In this document: in pieces, positions 8,525 to 18,318 of the stretch
Numbering within the stretch: position 1 is the first letter of the stretch
Layout of the letters: each line of letters starts with the position of its first letter
Notes under the pieces: generated by a model
Told to the model about the DNA's origin: nothing
The model's database searches: none
Seen by the model: only the letters and a program-made list of their open reading frames with translations
Source: a virus
Reading direction: 5' to 3' (one strand)
DNA length: 64,000 bases
Virus record (IMG/VR): IMGVR_UViG_3300028394_002011
Translations under genes and position numbers: made by a program

Positions 8525-8809
8525 ATGTCAAGACCCAAACCTAAAGTGTTGTTAGAGTATACTAACAAAAAAACTTACAAATCTGAGCAGATTTTAGAAT
8601 CTGAAGCCATTTGGGCTGTTTTCTATAAGAACGAGCCTTTCAATTTAAAATCGTTTAACAGTCTTACCAGCTATCCCGGTCCTAAATATAAAAAGACCAG
8701 TTTCAGCAATCCTGGTCACGCATTGAACCTTGCTAAGAAATTAAATTTAACGTTTGGCACTGAAGACTTCCAAGTGATAAAATTGACACAAGGCACTGTG
8801 GTACCATGA
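8525..8809 (+). CDS. Basic hypothetical phage protein
   Basis: MSRPKPKVLL start after GAG; Lys-rich. Confidence 0.7.
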   Translation: MSRPKPKVLLEYTNKKTYKSEQILESEAIWAVFYKNEPFNLKSFNSLTSYPGPKYKKTSFSNPGHALNLAKKLNLTFGTEDFQVIKLTQGTVVP

Positions 8810-9195
8810 TTAATCGAAATTTGCTAACCAAAATATTTTTACAACAATGGGGTAAAAGTATAGATGATGCAAATATCGAACTGTACAATAGAAAATGGTG
8901 GCAATCAAATCGAGTCAATAAACCCAATGCATTTAGACTAAGCGACGAAGGTTATGAATTTCTAACAACCATTTTAGAAATTCAAATGTATGAAATCCCA
9001 TTCACTGAGCCAATTGAGCTCAGTCCTCAAACAATCATATTTTTGGAAAAATATATCGATTGTCCTTACTACTTAACAAACCAAAGTATTACAGTGTTTT
9101 CCGAACGTAAGAGTTTTGAACTGTATTTGTTTTCGGACGATATCCGCAAATTTGGTTTGGTTAAGGCCATGAGCGAACGCCAAAAAGAATCTTAA
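8806..9195 (+). CDS. Hypothetical phage protein
   Basis: ATGA overlap. Confidence 0.7.
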   Translation: MINRNLLTKIFLQQWGKSIDDANIELYNRKWWQSNRVNKPNAFRLSDEGYEFLTTILEIQMYEIPFTEPIELSPQTIIFLEKYIDCPYYLTNQSITVFSERKSFELYLFSDDIRKFGLVKAMSERQKES

Positions 9196-9233
9196 TTTTT
9201 GGCTAGATTCAAGAATACTGCTTGAAAATTTAC

Positions 9234-9262
9234 TTGACTTTGTTGCGGTTAGGCCATATAAT
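9234..9262 (+). promoter_or_regulatory. sigma70-like early promoter
   Basis: TTGACT-N17-TATAAT followed by ATACACATA. Confidence 0.8.
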
Positions 9263-9314
9263 ATACACATAGCTTAATTTTTTAACCCCGCTAACTTAAG
9301 ATAGGAAATGTAAA

Positions 9315-10409
9315 ATGGCAGAAATCATTAGCCGCACCGTAGGCCCTAAAGGTGCTAAAAAGTCTTTGCGCAAAGCGTTTAAGAATCAGCGTCCAATTTT
9401 CCTGTGGGGTCCTCCCGGAATTGGCAAGTCGGATATTATTAAACAACTTGGTACTGAGCTAGAAGCTCACGTTATTGACGTTCGTTTGTCATTGTGGGAA
9501 CCTACTGATATTAAAGGTATTCCATATTTTGACTCAAACACAAGCAAAATGGTTTGGGCTCCTCCTAGCGAATTGCCAGACGAAGTAATGGCAAAACAGC
9601 ATAAAACTATTATTTTGTTCATGGACGAAATGAATAGTGCGGCTCCCAGCGTACAGGCCGCGGCTTATCAATTGATTTTGAATCGCCGAGTTGGTACTTA
9701 CAAACTGCCAGACAATGTTGTAATGGTTGCGGCTGGTAATCGTGAAACAGACAAAGGTGTTACATTCCGTATGCCTGCTCCGTTGGCTAACCGTTTTGTT
9801 CACTTGGAAATGACTGTTGAGTGGGATGACTACTTCGAGTGGGCCGCTGAAAACAAAGTGCATAAGGACGTAGTTGGTTTCTTGAGTTTCTCTAAGAAAG
9901 ACTTGTATGACTTTGATCCTAAGTCTAGCTCACGTGCATTTGCTACTCCACGTAGCTGGTCCTTTGTTAGCGAATTGTTGCACGATGACGACTGCGATGC
10001 AGATACATTGACTGATTTGGTGTCAGGTTCTGTTGGTGAAGGACTTGCTCTTAAGTTTATGGCTCACCGTAAACATGCTAGCAAAATGCCAAATCCAAGC
10101 GATATTTTGTCAGGCAAAGTTAAGAAAATGGACAGTAAAGAAATTTCTGCCATGTACTCTTTGACTGTGTCATTGTGCTACGAATTGAAAGAATCTTGCG
10201 ACAAGAAAGCCAAAAACTGGAGCGAGCAAACTAACAATTTCTTCGAATTTATGATGAATAACTTCGAAACAGAATTGGTTATCATGGGAACTAAGTTGGC
10301 ATTGTCTACTTACAAACTGCCACTGGATCCGGACGAAATTGCATGTTTTGACGAGTTCCATAAAAAGTTTGGCAAGTACATTGCACAAGCCACTGACAAG
10401 ACTAAGTAA
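9315..10409 (+). CDS. MoxR/dynein-related AAA+ ATPase
   Basis: Walker A GPPGIGKS, Walker B LFMDE, AAGN sensor, PLANRF arginine finger, FATPRSW. Confidence 0.88.
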   Translation: MAEIISRTVGPKGAKKSLRKAFKNQRPIFLWGPPGIGKSDIIKQLGTELEAHVIDVRLSLWEPTDIKGIPYFDSNTSKMVWAPPSELPDEVMAKQHKTIILFMDEMNSAAPSVQAAAYQLILNRRVGTYKLPDNVVMVAAGNRETDKGVTFRMPAPLANRFVHLEMTVEWDDYFEWAAENKVHKDVVGFLSFSKKDLYDFDPKSSSRAFATPRSWSFVSELLHDDDCDADTLTDLVSGSVGEGLALKFMAHRKHASKMPNPSDILSGKVKKMDSKEISAMYSLTVSLCYELKESCDKKAKNWSEQTNNFFEFMMNNFETELVIMGTKLALSTYKLPLDPDEIACFDEFHKKFGKYIAQATDKTK

Positions 10410-10424
10410 TTGAAAATGCAGTGA

Positions 10425-10453
10425 TTGACACCGCCTTCGGGCGGTGTTATAAT
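10425..10453 (+). promoter_or_regulatory. Perfect-consensus sigma70 promoter
   Basis: TTGACA-N17-TATAAT followed by ATATACATA. Confidence 0.85.
10426..10449 (+). terminator. cUUCGg-capped GC-rich hairpin (terminator-like) overlapping the promoter
   Basis: TGACACCGCC-TTCG-GGCGGTGTTA, 10 bp with one G-U, 16 nt after the AAA gene stop; U-tract is weak. Confidence 0.55.
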
Positions 10454-10482
10454 ATATACATACAGTAAATTCAGGAGCAAAT

Positions 10483-11664
10483 ATGTCACACGCAGATCCA
10501 ATTATCGACAAAATTATCGTAGCCCGTGTAGGTCTACTACTCCGCCATCCATTCTTTGGCAATATGGCTACACGCCTAAAAATTGAAGAAGCAAGCGACT
10601 GGCTTCCCACTGCCGCTACAGACGGGCGTACAATTTATTTTAATCGTGAATTTTTTGCACCTTTAACTACTAAACAAATCGAATTTGTTATTGCACATGA
10701 AATTTTGCATAACGTGTTTGATCATATGACTCGTGTGGAAGGTCGAAATAAACGTATTTGGAATATTGCCGCTGACTATTGTGTTAACGGACAATTGGTA
10801 CGTGATCGCATTGGCGAACAACCTCCAGAGATCAAAATCTTCCACGATGCCAAATATTACGGCAAAGGTGCAGAAGAAGTCTATGACGAAATTTACAACA
10901 AACACGACGAAGAAGAATTAGATGCACTTGGTCAGTTGTTAGACGAACACGTTGACTGGGGTGAGAACGGTAAAGACGGACAGCCGCAGTACAGCAAAGA
11001 CGAGTTGAAGAAAATTCGTGATGAAATCCGCGAAGCTACTTTACAAGCCGCACAAGCGGCGGGTGCAGGAAATACACCTGCAAGTATCCAACGAATGATT
11101 AAAGAGCTCACTGAACCTAAGATGAACTGGCGTGAAATTATTCGTCAACAAATCCAAAGTACTATTCGAGATGACTTTAGTTTTATGCGTCCCAATCGTA
11201 AAGGCTGGCACATGGGTGCTATCCTGCCTGGAACTAACTTTAAAGAAACAATTGACATTTGCGTTGCAATTGATATGTCAGGCTCTATTGGCGATGACCA
11301 GGCTAAGGATTTTTTAGCAGAGATCAAAGGCATTATGCAAGAGTATCAAGACTTTAACATTAAAGTATGGTGTTTTGATACCAAAGTGTACAATGAAGCA
11401 GACTACGATGGATACTCAATGGACGAGTTTGACGACTACGAAGTCATGGGTGGTGGTGGTACTGAATTTGATGCCAACTGGGAATATATGAAACAGCATG
11501 ATATTAATCCTAAAAAGTTTATCATGTTCACAGACGGTTATCCTTGGGGTAGCTGGGGTGATGAAAACTACTGTGATACAGTGTTTATTATTCACGGTAA
11601 TACAACTATTATTCCCCCGTTTGGTGAGTTTGCATATTACGAAGAAGTGACTGAAAACGCATAA
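10483..11664 (+). CDS. HExxH metallopeptidase-like plus VWA domain protein (DUF2201-type)
   Basis: TAATDGR, HEILH, AADY; VWA MIDAS IDMSGS, GGGGTEF, FTDG. Confidence 0.85.
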   Translation: MSHADPIIDKIIVARVGLLLRHPFFGNMATRLKIEEASDWLPTAATDGRTIYFNREFFAPLTTKQIEFVIAHEILHNVFDHMTRVEGRNKRIWNIAADYCVNGQLVRDRIGEQPPEIKIFHDAKYYGKGAEEVYDEIYNKHDEEELDALGQLLDEHVDWGENGKDGQPQYSKDELKKIRDEIREATLQAAQAAGAGNTPASIQRMIKELTEPKMNWREIIRQQIQSTIRDDFSFMRPNRKGWHMGAILPGTNFKETIDICVAIDMSGSIGDDQAKDFLAEIKGIMQEYQDFNIKVWCFDTKVYNEADYDGYSMDEFDDYEVMGGGGTEFDANWEYMKQHDINPKKFIMFTDGYPWGSWGDENYCDTVFIIHGNTTIIPPFGEFAYYEEVTENA

Positions 11665-11665
11665 C

Positions 11666-11953
11666 ATGAGTTTAAAAAACGGCAAACCTAATCCTTTAAA
11701 TTATTTCGAATTACGGAGGGTTAGAGTTGCCTGTCCTCATTTTAAATACACTACTATAGAACGCTACAATCCAATTTTACTCAAGAATATAGACAATTGG
11801 ATCTTTACTAATTTAAATAGTAGGTACTATATTGGGCAAAGCATTGGACTGGACCAATCTAATACCATTGTGCATAACACACGAATAGGTTTTGAAAGCG
11901 AAAAAGAATTAAGTTTCTTCAGGATTGCTTGTCCGCTTTTAGAAACGAGATAA
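11666..11953 (+). CDS. Hypothetical phage protein
   Basis: ORF 1 nt after the VWA gene stop. Confidence 0.65.
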   Translation: MSLKNGKPNPLNYFELRRVRVACPHFKYTTIERYNPILLKNIDNWIFTNLNSRYYIGQSIGLDQSNTIVHNTRIGFESEKELSFFRIACPLLETR

Positions 11954-11983
11954 TTAACTATGTACTTAACCAAAGGAGATACT

Positions 11984-12220
11984 ATGACTGAATCCGTACA
12001 ATCAAATCAAGAGCTACCACAAACTGAAGCTCCAGCAGAAAATCCAAATGATTTAACTATCAACGATTTAAATGCTATGAAAGTTATCATCGACATTGCC
12101 AGTTCACGAGGTGCATTCAAACCAAATGAAATGACAGCGGTTGGTCAAACTTATACAAAATTAACAGCTTTTTTAGATCAAGTGGCTAAACAAGCTGAAG
12201 GACAAAAACAAAATGGCTGA
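11984..12220 (+). CDS. Hypothetical phage protein
   Basis: AAGGAG RBS before ATG 11984. Confidence 0.7.
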   Translation: MTESVQSNQELPQTEAPAENPNDLTINDLNAMKVIIDIASSRGAFKPNEMTAVGQTYTKLTAFLDQVAKQAEGQKQNG

Positions 12221-12824
12221 ACTCAAACACGTAGGTAGAGTAAAATCTACCAACAAGAAATGTGTTGTTGCATATCGTACACTGCCCGGCGATGCATACA
12301 ACTGCTTAATTGTGCCAACAGAAAATTTACCAGATAGCTATCATGATGCTATTATCAATCTTGTGGAAAGCACAACTGGCCAAGATGCTCATGAATTTGC
12401 AGATGCATTGGCAAGAGGTAATTTTCCAGATGGTAGCATTATGCTCTCAGCATTGCATACACAAGGCAAGTTGATTAAGATTTCAACAGATCAAGTTGAA
12501 ATGCAACCAACAACATCCGTATCAATTTTGTTGTCGGAACTTAACCAAGTTATTGCAGAACAGCGCGGGGTAGCAATTGACGATTTGTCTGTTAAATCAG
12601 GTATTCCTGATGCTAAACAAGCAGAAACACCCAACGCTAAACAAGCAGAAAGCAATGTTACACGAACAACATCGTCATCAGTTAATGAAGTTGAAACTGT
12701 TGCTGATGCAAGCCCAGAAGCACAGGCTAAATTGTATCGTAGCCAAGCTGATAAGTTAGCTAAAGAAGCCGCAAATTTCCGTAGACTTGCCGAAGACTTA
12801 GTGCCAACTAAAAAACAAAAATGA
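12213..12824 (+). CDS. Hypothetical phage protein
   Basis: 203-aa ORF in gene run. Confidence 0.75.
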   Translation: MAELKHVGRVKSTNKKCVVAYRTLPGDAYNCLIVPTENLPDSYHDAIINLVESTTGQDAHEFADALARGNFPDGSIMLSALHTQGKLIKISTDQVEMQPTTSVSILLSELNQVIAEQRGVAIDDLSVKSGIPDAKQAETPNAKQAESNVTRTTSSSVNEVETVADASPEAQAKLYRSQADKLAKEAANFRRLAEDLVPTKKQK

Positions 12825-13141
12825 TGTCTAAGGGAAAAATCTTTCCCAAAGAAATCATTGAACATTGGCCCGAAGTATTCGGTGAAGTAAAACTTAACGT
12901 ATTACCTCTTGGGTATTTGCATTCAGTTTTGGTTAATTTTAAAGATGGTAAAACGTGGGAAATCAAAGTAACTACAGTCACTCGTAACGAAGGATGGTCT
13001 AGTTTTGAATTGAATCTTCGTGAGCTTGTAAAAACTTACGAAGATTCTATTGATAATATTGATTTTAAACTTGACACTGAACGTGTTAAAAAAGACATTG
13101 TAAAATCAACCCAAAAATTCTTAAAGAAAAAGAAGTTATAA
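12821..13141 (+). CDS. Hypothetical phage protein
   Basis: ATGA overlap. Confidence 0.7.
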   Translation: MMSKGKIFPKEIIEHWPEVFGEVKLNVLPLGYLHSVLVNFKDGKTWEIKVTTVTRNEGWSSFELNLRELVKTYEDSIDNIDFKLDTERVKKDIVKSTQKFLKKKKL

Positions 13142-13144
13142 ATA

Positions 13145-13807
13145 ATGAATGTTCAGCTATTATCCTATTCTCAGCCAACAGCGGAATTTAGAGATTTGGG
13201 CCTTGCAGATGCGCAAGAACTTATTGCGTATTGCGCCCGTGTCAGCAATCCCTCCAATCAACTCAACACAGACACATCAGAAAAACTCATCAAGTACTTG
13301 GTCAAACACCAACACTGGAGCCCACTTGAAATGGTCTCCGCCTGTATCGAAATCACAACCACAAGAGATATTGCTCGCCAAATCTTGCGACACAGAAGTT
13401 TCAGTTTCCAAGAGTTCTCTCAACGCTATGCTGACCCAACGAAAGATCTCAATTTTGTTACAAGAGAAGCTAGACTGCAAGACGACAAAAATAGACAGAA
13501 CAGCATCGAAGTGGATGATCAACTGTTACAAAATGAATGGTACAGAGCTCAACAACGAGTCATTTATGCCGCTAAACGTGAATACGAATGGGCTATTAAG
13601 AACGGCATAGCTAAAGAACAAGCTCGTGCTGTACTTCCAGAAGGACTTATTGAAAGTCGTTTGTACATGAATGGTACTTTACGTAGTTGGATTCACTTTA
13701 TCGAACTACGCAGTGCTAACGGCACTCAAAAAGAACACCAAGAAGTTGCTGTTGCTTGTGCCAAAGTGATAGCCACTATTTTTCCAATGACTGCCGATCT
13801 TATTTAA
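13145..13807 (+). CDS. thyX: FAD-dependent thymidylate synthase
   Basis: ThyX motif RHRSFSFQEFSQRY; HWSPLE; ARAVLP; LRSWIHFIELR. Confidence 0.95.
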   Translation: MNVQLLSYSQPTAEFRDLGLADAQELIAYCARVSNPSNQLNTDTSEKLIKYLVKHQHWSPLEMVSACIEITTTRDIARQILRHRSFSFQEFSQRYADPTKDLNFVTREARLQDDKNRQNSIEVDDQLLQNEWYRAQQRVIYAAKREYEWAIKNGIAKEQARAVLPEGLIESRLYMNGTLRSWIHFIELRSANGTQKEHQEVAVACAKVIATIFPMTADLI

Positions 13808-14789
13808 AAGTATCCGGAGGGTGAGTTTCTATGTGATAATAGAATTCACCCTCTAACCACGAGTCGTCTTTGATCTTAGCGTAGGTCTCTGGATCATTCT
13901 TATAAGTTTCACCAAACCACTTGCCAGCACCGGCGCCGCTACGCGAATATTCGTTATGACCACTATACAACAATTCTTGTATTCTATCAGCATCAGGCGT
14001 ATCAGACCTTGCTAACTCTGCACTTTCACGAAATGCGACAATCCAAAACGTCATCGAGGGCACAGGCTGAGATTTAAAAGTTTCAGGCGGATATAATTTA
14101 ATATGTTCTTTGAATTGTATCTCTAACCAGTCATAATCATTGATCTTAGAAAGTAATTTAGGATTATCTTTGTATGTTGTTCCATACCACTTGCCAGCAC
14201 TTGCACCGCCTTTGGCATATTCTCCAAAAGGCCGATCTCCGCCAATATCGATCCATGTTTGTAATCTATACATTGTTTCAACATCTAGTTGTCCGGTAAT
14301 AGTTTTGCTGGCTAACTTAGCACATTCTCTGAATGCACTGCGCCAAGTGCTTAACGGATCAGTATTAAATGCCGTTATATTTGATATGGCTGGCATGGAT
14401 TTAAATCTTGGAGATATACTGGTAGTCATATCCGGTGAGGACGTATACATATTCAATGTCAGTTGTGTTGGCAATAATTTGACGCCGCCGTAACCATACA
14501 CTAAGTCATTTATAGGATTCTTGCTTTTCCATACATGTACAATGTCTTCTTCGCTAGTATCTAATTTAATATCAAATTTAAAATTTGGTAATAAATCTGC
14601 ATCTACATCAACTACCCAAAACATGTTAGTAGTTGATAGTTTTGCGGCTGCAATGTGTGCTTGATGTATGCCTTTAACTCCGTGAATTCGATACACTTTG
14701 TTTGGAAGATCGGCAATTTTTTTTAAAAATTTAAAATACAAAGCATTTGCATTTGATTCGTCAAATGATAGGAATGCAATATCGTACAT
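13800..14789 (-). CDS. Glycosyltransferase-like protein (GT-A fold) with duplicated C-terminal module
   Basis: DxD motif WVVDVDAD, YGYGGVKL; paralog of 14789-15688. Confidence 0.65.
   Translation of the reverse strand: MYDIAFLSFDESNANALYFKFLKKIADLPNKVYRIHGVKGIHQAHIAAAKLSTTNMFWVVDVDADLLPNFKFDIKLDTSEEDIVHVWKSKNPINDLVYGYGGVKLLPTQLTLNMYTSSPDMTTSISPRFKSMPAISNITAFNTDPLSTWRSAFRECAKLASKTITGQLDVETMYRLQTWIDIGGDRPFGEYAKGGASAGKWYGTTYKDNPKLLSKINDYDWLEIQFKEHIKLYPPETFKSQPVPSMTFWIVAFRESAELARSDTPDADRIQELLYSGHNEYSRSGAGAGKWFGETYKNDPETYAKIKDDSWLEGEFYYHIETHPPDTFK
13817..13853. terminator. Hairpin at the convergence of thyX and the GT cassette
   Basis: GAGGGTGAG(T)TTCTAT-GTGATA-ATAGAATTCACCCTC, 15 bp with one bulge and one G-U. 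Confidence 0.45.
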
Positions 14790-15688
14790 CAGCGTCTCCG
14801 AATAATTCTTGGAGAATTATTATAAACTGTTTTAAAAAATTTGCTGCCATCAGAATCTAAATCTGCTACCTCTAAACCGCACTCGTGTTTTAAAGTTTCG
14901 CCAAGGCCCATGATTTCATAAGGTAGCATACTATCTGTTATCTTACTGTATTTTGTTTCCCACTGATTAGTTAACCATTCAAAATCACGAACATTAGAAT
15001 AATCCCAATCGGTGCAATTAGTTAAGTATGCACCTTCTCTTGCTCCGTACATACTCCATTCACCGTTCTCTACATCAGCACCAATATTGCACCATATTAA
15101 CATCCTATCGTAATTTTGCCACCACACGGTTTTTAAATCTTCAACTTTAGCACCTTGATTCAATGACATCTTTACGCCTTCACGGAATCCGGCACGCCAG
15201 GCTTGAAATGGCGTAGCATTAGTAAAACTCTCGCTGTAGTTTTCATTGAATTGATAGTACTTGTCATCAAAACAAAATTCAACTAGTCCCTTTGCATCAT
15301 TAGGATCTGAATTTTCATGTGTACGCATATTGTTTACAAACTTGCGTGTCCACATTTTAAGGCCACCGTTGCCGTACATAAGTCCATTAACATGCACTCG
15401 GCCGCACCAACTAAACACATGGTCTGGTGTTAATCCAAGTGCATCTGTATCTATTTCGACTTCAAGAAATTTAGGATCTATAATGTTGTCGGCATCTACT
15501 GTAACAAAGTATTCAGTATCACTTAAGGCGGCGCAGGCTTTGTGCGCGGCGTCGCTACCTTTAACACCATGTACACGCTTTGCCCAGGGAACTTTGTTAC
15601 ACAAATCGGCATAATTCTTTTCTGCATTAGGTTCGTCATAACTCAGAAAAATAATATCTTGTTCTATAATTTTAATAATATTATTCAT
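14789..15688 (-). CDS. Glycosyltransferase-like protein (GT-A fold)
   Basis: FVTVDADN DxD motif, YGNGGLKMW, AWRAGFREG. Confidence 0.65.
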   Translation of the reverse strand: MNNIIKIIEQDIIFLSYDEPNAEKNYADLCNKVPWAKRVHGVKGSDAAHKACAALSDTEYFVTVDADNIIDPKFLEVEIDTDALGLTPDHVFSWCGRVHVNGLMYGNGGLKMWTRKFVNNMRTHENSDPNDAKGLVEFCFDDKYYQFNENYSESFTNATPFQAWRAGFREGVKMSLNQGAKVEDLKTVWWQNYDRMLIWCNIGADVENGEWSMYGAREGAYLTNCTDWDYSNVRDFEWLTNQWETKYSKITDSMLPYEIMGLGETLKHECGLEVADLDSDGSKFFKTVYNNSPRIIRRR

Positions 15689-16271
15689 TTGTTTCTTTCC
15701 ATTCTTGTATATTATATGAGAAAAACGGATTTTTTATAAAAATATTGACCTGTTTGATGTCGGCTTCACGTGCAGATACAAACGGTATAACCGTCTTATC
15801 CTGAATTAATTGTTGTATATCAATTTGTATATGTTGTATTAAAATGTTAGGTTCATTTGACGCTGTGATATAAAATTCTGCATTTTTATATCGTATACCT
15901 GAAATATGATTTTCATCATATATGCGCTGTCTAAATTCATCAGTGATAATAAAAACCCATACTTTTTTAAAAGCATCCCAATGTATTGTTAACTCGGTTA
16001 CAGGATTGTTAGTATTACTTGTAATTTTTTCAAGCAAATTATTTTTAAAAAATATATTTTGATTTTCTTTTTGAACTAGTTCAAACTCATGATCTATATT
16101 TTTTGTTCTGCAAATTATCCAATCAGAAAACTTTTCAATACCGCTGACAAATAAATGGTATTGCTCTTTAGTCACTTCTAATTTGTACTCATACTCGGGC
16201 CGCAATTCGTTAGAAAATGCAAGTAAGGTTCCTGTGCCAATATCAAAATACGCATACAGTTTACTTGACAT
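15681..16271 (-). CDS. Hypothetical protein in the GT cassette
   Basis: Overlaps both neighbours; 196 aa. Confidence 0.7.
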   Translation of the reverse strand: MSSKLYAYFDIGTGTLLAFSNELRPEYEYKLEVTKEQYHLFVSGIEKFSDWIICRTKNIDHEFELVQKENQNIFFKNNLLEKITSNTNNPVTELTIHWDAFKKVWVFIITDEFRQRIYDENHISGIRYKNAEFYITASNEPNILIQHIQIDIQQLIQDKTVIPFVSAREADIKQVNIFIKNPFFSYNIQEWKETNE

Positions 16272-17100
16272 TTGCCAACTCCTCTAATTCCATTAATAAG
16301 ATGTCTGTTACAAAATTCTTTTCTACATAATGGAATAATTTATCTTGGGCAATATTACCAACTACTAATTTACCATTGGATGTTAGATACTGTGGAACTA
16401 TATCTTGCCAGCTTTCTGGATTAGTTGTCCATCCCTGGATAGGAGATTTCATATGAGTAAATTGTAATGGAGAATTTATATCAATTATATCTTGCATTCC
16501 TGCTAATTTTATTGCAACGGCACAAGCTACATCCATACTTAACCAGTTTTGATATTCTTCAGGTGCAAATTTTCCATAACATAATTCCCAATTACTTACA
16601 ACATACGCTAGTACTTTATAAAAATCATCAGCTTCATCAGATTTTTTAAAGTAGTGCAATGCATGATAAACATTGGGCAAATTATTTGCTATAAATGTTT
16701 TGCGATGTACAGTATCAATGACATTTTCTAATTTATAATTTGTAATTTTTGAACAAAAACGAATATCAAAATTGCCGCAATATGTCCACCATGTACTGAT
16801 ATCTTCCAACAATAACATATCAGCATCTAATACAATGGTTTCATAATATGGACTTGCATGATACAATTTCCAGCGATTCTCAATTTTCCATTGAGTATTT
16901 TTAGCATCATCATTCCACGGAATTGGAATAATTTTATCAAATACTGATTTGTATTTTTTTGGAACTTTATTATTAGTAACTAACGATATATTGGTTACAT
17001 CTGTTTGGGTTGCTTTGATACTTAGGGCAAGTGCGTAGGCTTGTCTAATGTAATCAACATTTTTATTATTCTGAGCAAGTACAACAAATCCTTTAGACAC
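16261..17100 (-). CDS. GT8-like glycosyltransferase
   Basis: GTG start after GGAGG; NRWKLYHASPYYETIVLDADML DxD motif; FHYVEK. Confidence 0.7.
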   Translation of the reverse strand: MSKGFVVLAQNNKNVDYIRQAYALALSIKATQTDVTNISLVTNNKVPKKYKSVFDKIIPIPWNDDAKNTQWKIENRWKLYHASPYYETIVLDADMLLLEDISTWWTYCGNFDIRFCSKITNYKLENVIDTVHRKTFIANNLPNVYHALHYFKKSDEADDFYKVLAYVVSNWELCYGKFAPEEYQNWLSMDVACAVAIKLAGMQDIIDINSPLQFTHMKSPIQGWTTNPESWQDIVPQYLTSNGKLVVGNIAQDKLFHYVEKNFVTDILLMELEELANVK

Positions 17101-17950
17101 CACAACCTCCATCAATAAATCTAGTGAGGCTAAGTTTGTTCATGACATGTGTATCAGTATCATTCATAGATACCGCAGTATACTCCCCTAGATGATTTTC
17201 TTTTTCGATCAAAAATTTCATTTTACCATCTTTGATAGATATCAACAAATCTCTATCAGAAATATACAACATTTTTCCTGGCAATTCTTGTGCAAACATT
17301 CCTGATGTTTTTGCATTCATAAGATGAATTGCAATACTAAAAGCAAAATCGTTTCTAAATGTAGGAACTTCTATACTGTATAATGTTCTAAAATAATTCC
17401 AATTAGATTTAATATAAACAACAATATCAAAAAAAGATTTTACTTCTAATGTTTTTTCAAAAATAAATGTAGTCGCCCAATAAAAAGGAATAGAATATTG
17501 ATTTATTCTTTTAAATTCTGTATCTTCTCTCCAAGACGATAAACTAAAACTATCTTTATATATTTGAAAATTATGGTCAGACTCTAGTGCGCCTACCAAT
17601 AAGGTAGAATTGATAATATAATCACTATCAATAACCAATGTTCTATCATAAGGAGTTAGATTGAATACAGAGTTTCTATCTAAATTTTTCCATTCTAAAA
17701 ATTTTGAGGATAATGTACCATCGTTGAATCTTTTTTGATTTTGTGCAGGTGCATATTCTATCTCAATAATTTGATCAAATATTACAGATTCTTTAGGATA
17801 TGCTGTTAACATCCAGTCTGCACAGTCAGTTATAATACTGACAGGAATATTTAAAAAAGTCTTTATTTGAGACGCGGCAAAAATTGCCAGTTTGACATAG
17901 TCGATAGATGAATTATTCTGAGCAAAGATTACAGCACCGACTGTTTTCAT
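17093..17950 (-). CDS. GT8-like glycosyltransferase (paralog of 16261-17100)
   Basis: LTPYDRTLVIDSDYII DxD motif; FRNDFAFSIA; HVMNK. Confidence 0.7.
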   Translation of the reverse strand: MKTVGAVIFAQNNSSIDYVKLAIFAASQIKTFLNIPVSIITDCADWMLTAYPKESVIFDQIIEIEYAPAQNQKRFNDGTLSSKFLEWKNLDRNSVFNLTPYDRTLVIDSDYIINSTLLVGALESDHNFQIYKDSFSLSSWREDTEFKRINQYSIPFYWATTFIFEKTLEVKSFFDIVVYIKSNWNYFRTLYSIEVPTFRNDFAFSIAIHLMNAKTSGMFAQELPGKMLYISDRDLLISIKDGKMKFLIEKENHLGEYTAVSMNDTDTHVMNKLSLTRFIDGGCGV

Positions 17951-18297
17951 AGGTCAATTAAATCACTTATTTTTCTTTTAGATTTAATAGCTAAGAATCT
18001 AGTTGAGTACGTTTCTGTTACTTCAAAATATTGTGTTGTAATACTATTAAAAAATTCTTGTACATCTGCAACTACAACTGGATTATTATTATCATCAATA
18101 AACACAGCATTAGTCGTGCGTTTCAAATCGAGCATTAATTTTGCAAAATTAATTAAAGTAGGAGTAATTTTAAATGTTGATCCGTTGACATAGTAAATTA
18201 ATTTTTGATTTACTTCTTCGGCTAACAAACGTCGTTGATTTGACAGTGTTGCCATATAATTGACAACTTCAAATGCTTTTTCAATTTTTTCGTCCAT
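17947..18297 (-). CDS. Hypothetical protein, first gene of the GT cassette
   Basis: ATG at 18297 after GGAG RBS; MDEKIEKAF start. Confidence 0.7.
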   Translation of the reverse strand: MDEKIEKAFEVVNYMATLSNQRRLLAEEVNQKLIYYVNGSTFKITPTLINFAKLMLDLKRTTNAVFIDDNNNPVVVADVQEFFNSITTQYFEVTETYSTRFLAIKSKRKISDLIDL

Positions 18298-18318
18298 AGA
18301 TAACTCCGAGATAGTGTA

